Assembly (NCBI GenBank): GCA_963713945.1
Contig: OY970215.1
Location: 273,916 to 337,915, forward strand
Origin: an uncultured Actinomycetota bacterium
Lineage (GTDB): Bacteria > Actinomycetota > Actinomycetes > Actinomycetales > Microbacteriaceae
Direction of reading: 5' to 3'
Length of the DNA stretch: 64,000 bases
Under the pieces are notes generated by a model. It did no database searches, had not been told where the DNA came from, and saw only the letters and a program-made list of their open reading frames with translations. Both the position numbers and the translations under genes were made by a program. Positions within the stretch are counted from its first letter, which is position 1. The number at the start of each line of letters is the position of its first letter. Positions 58,745 to 64,000 of this stretch are shown here, piece after piece.

Positions 58745-59482
58745 ATGCCGGCATACCCCAGAGATACTTCATCGGGAATCGCAGCCTCCATCGGTAGCCT
58801 TTCCGGAGGTACCCCTGTGTCCGCCGTAGCAAAACGGCTCCTGGAAATCTTCACCAAGGGAGATATTGAACCGGGGACACGCCTCCCCCCTGAGCGCCAG
58901 CTCGCGTCGACTCTCGGCGTCGGGCGATCAGCGGTGCGCGAAGCGCTCGCCGCGCTCGAGATCCTCGGCATTCTCGACGTGCGGCCAGGCTCGGGTACCT
59001 ACCTGCGAGGCGCAACGAGCGAACTCCTCCCGCAGACACTGAGCTGGGGCCTCATGCTCGGCGAGCCGCGAACGGTCGAACTCATCGAGGTGCGTGGCGC
59101 GCTCGAGATCTACGCAGCCCGACTCGCCGCATCGCGCATCACGGACGATGCACTCGAACGACTCGGCAAACACCTCGACGATATGCGGAGCAACGCCGAC
59201 GACCTCGGTGCGTTCGTGGAGGCCGACCTCCAATTCCATTCCGAACTGGCTCGCAGTATCAACAACACGGTGCTTCTCGACCTTCTGCAGAGCATCAGGT
59301 CGCTGCTGCGCGTCTGGGTGGACCGGGCTGTGCAACAGCCGGAAGAGGCAGCGGCCGCGATCACCGAGCACACGGCGGTGTATGACGCGATCGCCACGCG
59401 TGATCCGGATGCCGCCGCGAGCGCCATGGCCATCCACATGAATACGGCGGGTGCCCGGCTCACAAAGTCGCTGACACCCTGA
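58745..59482 (+). CDS. GntR family (FadR subfamily) transcriptional regulator
   Basis: The wHTH is LPPERQLASTLGVGRSAVREALAALEILGILDVRPGSGTYL, followed by an all-helical FCD-type C-terminus. An alternative start at GTG 58817 is preceded by GGAGG. Confidence 0.85.
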   Translation: MPAYPRDTSSGIAASIGSLSGGTPVSAVAKRLLEIFTKGDIEPGTRLPPERQLASTLGVGRSAVREALAALEILGILDVRPGSGTYLRGATSELLPQTLSWGLMLGEPRTVELIEVRGALEIYAARLAASRITDDALERLGKHLDDMRSNADDLGAFVEADLQFHSELARSINNTVLLDLLQSIRSLLRVWVDRAVQQPEEAAAAITEHTAVYDAIATRDPDAAASAMAIHMNTAGARLTKSLTP

Positions 59483-59539
59483 GACGGGTGTGATCGGCGG
59501 GCCCGCTCGTGCGAACCCGCCGATCACTGTGCTTGCGAC

Positions 59540-60604
<1,065 letters not shown>

Positions 60605-61738
60605 TCAGGAGGTCGTGGCGGGAGTCACGAGGTCGCTGTGATTGCTCGCGGCGAGGGCAGCGTTCTTCGAGCGCTTGATGCGCTGTTGAGCCTGGTCGAG
60701 CATGACGGCGAGGATGATGACCGCACCTTTGATCGTGATCTGCCAAAAAGTGGAGACACCGACGATGACAAGGCCATCGCTCAGGAAACCGATGACGAAC
60801 GCTCCGATGAGCACTCCGCGCACGTTACCGCGTCCTCCCGTGAGGGCTGCGCCTCCGATGACCACCGCCGCAATGGCGTTCAGTTCGAACGATTCGCCCA
60901 GCTGCGGTGCCGCGCTCGTCAGTTCGGACGAGATGATCAGCCCGGTTGTCGCCGCGCAGAATCCGCTGACCATGTAGACACGTAATTTCACCCGACGCAC
61001 GGGTACGCCGGAGAGTTCGGCCGCTCGCTCGTTCCCGCCTGTCGCGTACACCCAGCGACCGAACGGAGTGTTCTTCAGGACAAAGGCGGCCACGAGCGCG
61101 AAGACGACCATGACCCAGATTGCGGTTGGAACGCCGAATACGCGGCCTCCGCCGATGATGCCGAATCCGGTATTGCCCAGCGACTCCTCGCCGTTGAGTC
61201 GCGGATACGTTGAGCCGTTTGAAATGAGGAGCGCGGCACCGCGAGCGACGTACAACATACCCAGCGTCGCGATGAACGGGGCTACAGCGAACTTCGTCAC
61301 GAGGAGACCGTTGACGTACCCGACCAGAGTGCCGACCGCCAGGGAGCAGAGAACCACCACCCAGACCGGCGGGTAGATGACTACGCCGAAGAGGTCCAGC
61401 TGCCACCCCTGCAACAACACCCCAGCCACCACGCCGGAGAGGCCCACGGTGGAACCGACGGAGAGGTCGATGCCGCCTTTCAGGATGACGAAGAGCATGC
61501 CGAGCGCAAGGATCGCGTTGTACGCCACATGCTTGGTCATCGTCAGAAGGTTGTTGAAGGTCAGGAAGGAGTCGGAGAGCAGCGCGAAGATGATGATCAG
61601 GACGATCAGGGCGATGAAGGCTCGACCCTCCAGAAGTATCCCGAGGTAGTCGATCTGCCTTTTCTCTGCAGCGGAGTTTCCGCCGTCAGGCCCTCGGCCA
61701 TTCGTGGACGGGCGCACGCCCGAGGTGGTAGCAGTCAC
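60605..61738 (-). CDS. Sugar ABC transporter permease (RbsC/AraH type)
   Basis: 377-aa polytopic track ORF with typical RbsC-like segments (GGIDLSVGS, GGRGNVRGVLIGAF). Its start overlaps the ATPase stop. Confidence 0.85.
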   Translation of the reverse strand: MTATTSGVRPSTNGRGPDGGNSAAEKRQIDYLGILLEGRAFIALIVLIIIFALLSDSFLTFNNLLTMTKHVAYNAILALGMLFVILKGGIDLSVGSTVGLSGVVAGVLLQGWQLDLFGVVIYPPVWVVVLCSLAVGTLVGYVNGLLVTKFAVAPFIATLGMLYVARGAALLISNGSTYPRLNGEESLGNTGFGIIGGGRVFGVPTAIWVMVVFALVAAFVLKNTPFGRWVYATGGNERAAELSGVPVRRVKLRVYMVSGFCAATTGLIISSELTSAAPQLGESFELNAIAAVVIGGAALTGGRGNVRGVLIGAFVIGFLSDGLVIVGVSTFWQITIKGAVIILAVMLDQAQQRIKRSKNAALAASNHSDLVTPATTS

Positions 61739-63289
61739 TTTCCAAGTCCGTTCTCTGGTTTCGCAGCTTCAGTTGACTCGCCGGAGGCCACCATGAGGCC
61801 TTCACGGTCGGTGGTCTTCGGGTCGAATTCGCCCACGATGCGCCCCTTCGACAGCACGATGACACGATTGGAGACGCCCAAGGCTTCTCCAACTTCGGAG
61901 GTCGCGAACAGCACGCCGAGGCCACGCCTGGCCTCGCGCGCCATGAGCCCGAAGATTTCTGCTTTCGCACCGACGTCGATTCCGCGAGAGGGTTCGTCCA
62001 GCAGGATGACGTCCGGATTGGTCATCAGGATTTTGGCGATCACGACTTTCTGTTGGTTGCCTCCGGAGAGCGACGTAATGGCGGCCGACGGACCGGAGGT
62101 CTTGACCCTGACATCCGCGACGGCCTTGTCGATGCTTGCGCGCTCCCGCTCGTTTGCTGAGCATGAGCCCCTTCACGAACGCCAGGAGGTTGGCCAGGGA
62201 TGAGTTCTCGCCCACCGACATCGTCTGCACGAGACCGTCACGCTGGCGGTCCTCCGGCACCAGGGCAAGACCGAGGGCGATCCGCTCTGCCACGGATTCG
62301 CGGCCGAGGGCACGACCCTTGAGTTCCACCGTCCCCGACTGGATGGGCGTGCGACCTGCGAGGGCTTCGAGGAGCTCAGTCCGCCCCGCGCCCATGAGCC
62401 CGTAGAGGCAGACGATCTCTCCGGCCCGGACGTCCAGTGAGAGGCCGTCGATGGCAAGTCGTGCTGGGTTGGACGGGTCGGCGATCACGACGTCCCTCAG
62501 CGACAGCACCGGTTCGCCGAACTCGTCGCGGAGATCCGGGGACAGGTCACCGACGTCGCGGCCGACCATATTCGATATCACCCAACCGAGGTCGATCTCG
62601 TCGCGATCACCGAGAGCGACGAGATCACCGTCGCGGAACACCACGGCGTGGTCGGCAATCTCCAGAGCTTCTTCGAGATGGTGAGAAATGTAGACGATGG
62701 CCACGTTCTCTGCGGTGAGTTCGCGGATCAGCCTGAACAGCACCTCGACTTCGCTCCCGCTGAGGGCTGAGGTCGGTTCGTCCATGATGAGGACCCGGGC
62801 TTCGCCCGCGAGTGCACGAGCGATCTCGACGATCTGCTGCTGCCCCAGCCGAAGGTCGCCGACCAGGGTCTTCGGATCGAGATACTCCTCCAGCCGCTCC
62901 ATGAGACGTACCGTGGTGGCGTTCTCGGTGCCATAGTCGATGAGGACGCCGCCACGAGCCTTCTCTCGCCCCATGTAGATGTTGTCCCGCACGTTGAGAT
63001 TGGGGGCAAGGCTCAGCTCCTGATGAATGATCGCGATACCGCGGGATGCCGCATCCACCGTGCCGCGGAGCTGTAGCGGCTCCCCATCGAGTTCGAGTGT
63101 GCCGGATGTCGGGGTCTCGACGCCGCTGAGAATCTTCATCAGGGTGGACTTGCCGGCGCCATTCTCGCCGAACAGCACGGTGACCGAACCCTTCCGGATC
63201 GAGAAATCGACGCCCTTCAGCGCACGCGTGCCGCCGTAGCTCTTCGTGATGCCGATGGCCCGCATCACCACTCCGTCAGAGCCGCTCAT
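61735..63289 (-). pseudogene. Sugar ABC transporter ATP-binding protein (two-domain RbsA type), frameshifted
   Basis: The N-part is ORF 61802..63289 (Walker A GENGAGKST; second P-loop GLMGAGRTE). The C-terminal part (...ITSLSGGNQQKVVIAKILMTNPDVILLDEPSRGIDVG...) is in the frame of ORF 61735..62043. The switch is near 62148-62156. Confidence 0.8.
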
Positions 63290-63933
63290 TGCGCGATGTC
63301 CAAAGACACGGGCACGACGGAGACGAGTGCCGGATTGACGCGGGTGAATGCACCGGTCACCGTGATGGTCTTGCCCGCGATCGATGCGGGGTCGATGTCG
63401 GCCAGCACCTGGGTCTTGACGAGCGTGTTGAGCTCAGTGGCCACCTGCTGGAATTCCAGCTGGTTGGTGAAGTCGTTGAACTTCACGGTGCCCGTGGCAT
63501 CGCGGATGGCGGTGCCGTTGATTGCCGGACCGATTTGCACTTGAACAACGGTCCCCTCGGGTATACCGGCGACCGTGACCGGGAGGATTGACCCGTTCGG
63601 AGTCCCGGCTACGCCCTCGAAGGTGACCGGGAAGGAAAAGGCACTCGACGAGCCCGCTGAGTTGCCGAAGTCGGCTTCTTCGGCGCCCCCGGCCAAGTCT
63701 GAGAGCAGTGTCGACAAGTCGACCGCGTCGTCGGTGATCTTCGGAACGATGTCCGCGTCGAAGTGTTCGGCCGCGTAGTCGGCAGGCTCGAATGCACCGG
63801 CTTGCGACGCTTCCGCAGCCTCGTCGGTCGACAACACCCGGGTGCTGGAGACCGCGGCGCTAACCACCACGAGAGCGAGGACTGCTCCGGCGAGCTTCAC
63901 TATCAGGCGTCGTCCTGGTGCTGAGAGGGCCAT
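63286..63933 (-). CDS. DUF2291-like lipoprotein associated with sugar ABC operons
   Basis: 215-aa track ORF with an N-terminal signal/TM. It is the first gene of the RbsA/C/B-type operon, and its stop overlaps the ATPase start. The family name is from memory. Confidence 0.6.
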   Translation of the reverse strand: MALSAPGRRLIVKLAGAVLALVVVSAAVSSTRVLSTDEAAEASQAGAFEPADYAAEHFDADIVPKITDDAVDLSTLLSDLAGGAEEADFGNSAGSSSAFSFPVTFEGVAGTPNGSILPVTVAGIPEGTVVQVQIGPAINGTAIRDATGTVKFNDFTNQLEFQQVATELNTLVKTQVLADIDPASIAGKTITVTGAFTRVNPALVSVVPVSLDIAQ

Positions 63934-64000
63934 CGACCGCTCCTTTGCGGGTCAGGCACCTCGTCGTGTCGACATGAGGCCGGTAACGACGGGATGCAGT

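Overview
High-GC actinobacterial chromosomal segment (protein signatures look Microbacteriaceae-like; I cannot identify the organism). I called about 75 protein genes by reading the six-frame track and sequence by eye; no homology search was run. I found no rRNA, tRNA, CRISPR array, transposase or integrase.

Gene content, left to right:
- Sugar ABC transporter plus a GH32/68-type hydrolase (1-4.0 kb).
- CstR-type persulfide/sulfide-stress locus (4.05-9.3 kb): thioredoxin, CstB-like dioxygenase-rhodanese fusion, NiCoT transporter, TauE, DUF302, rhodanese, CsoR/CstR-family repressor.
- proC, GH2 beta-mannosidase and a small sugar-modifying operon.
- CDF transporter, amidotransferase, HhH-GPD protein, USP, tadA, murQ, upp.
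- A 1.5-kb non-coding gap with a nested tandem-repeat array (21.16-22.14 kb), then an orphan OmpR-type wHTH gene.
- ltrA and a class-II uvrA paralogue, then transporters and TetR/MarR regulators.
- Two toxin-antitoxin pairs in an AT-richer islet (32.1-34.1 kb).
- ada/alkA-ogt and envelope/stress genes.
- A decayed GH127-ABC-LacI locus (47.2-52.5 kb).
- A tetrose/tetrulose-type catabolic operon with a GntR regulator (52.5-59.5 kb).
- A ribose-type ABC operon with DUF2291 (59.5-63.9 kb).

Most noteworthy:
1. The nested repeat array next to the orphan wHTH gene.
2. Two TACCCCCGGGGGTA palindromes bracketing the CstR-type regulon. This locus also holds an untracked 54-aa Cys-rich ORF and an unexpected Ni/Co-type permease.
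3. Many frame-disrupted genes between 23 and 63 kb and none detected in the first 23 kb. This could be genome decay or systematic indel sequencing error.
4. Phased orphan repeat motifs beside the TA islet.

I found no classical defence or mobile system.
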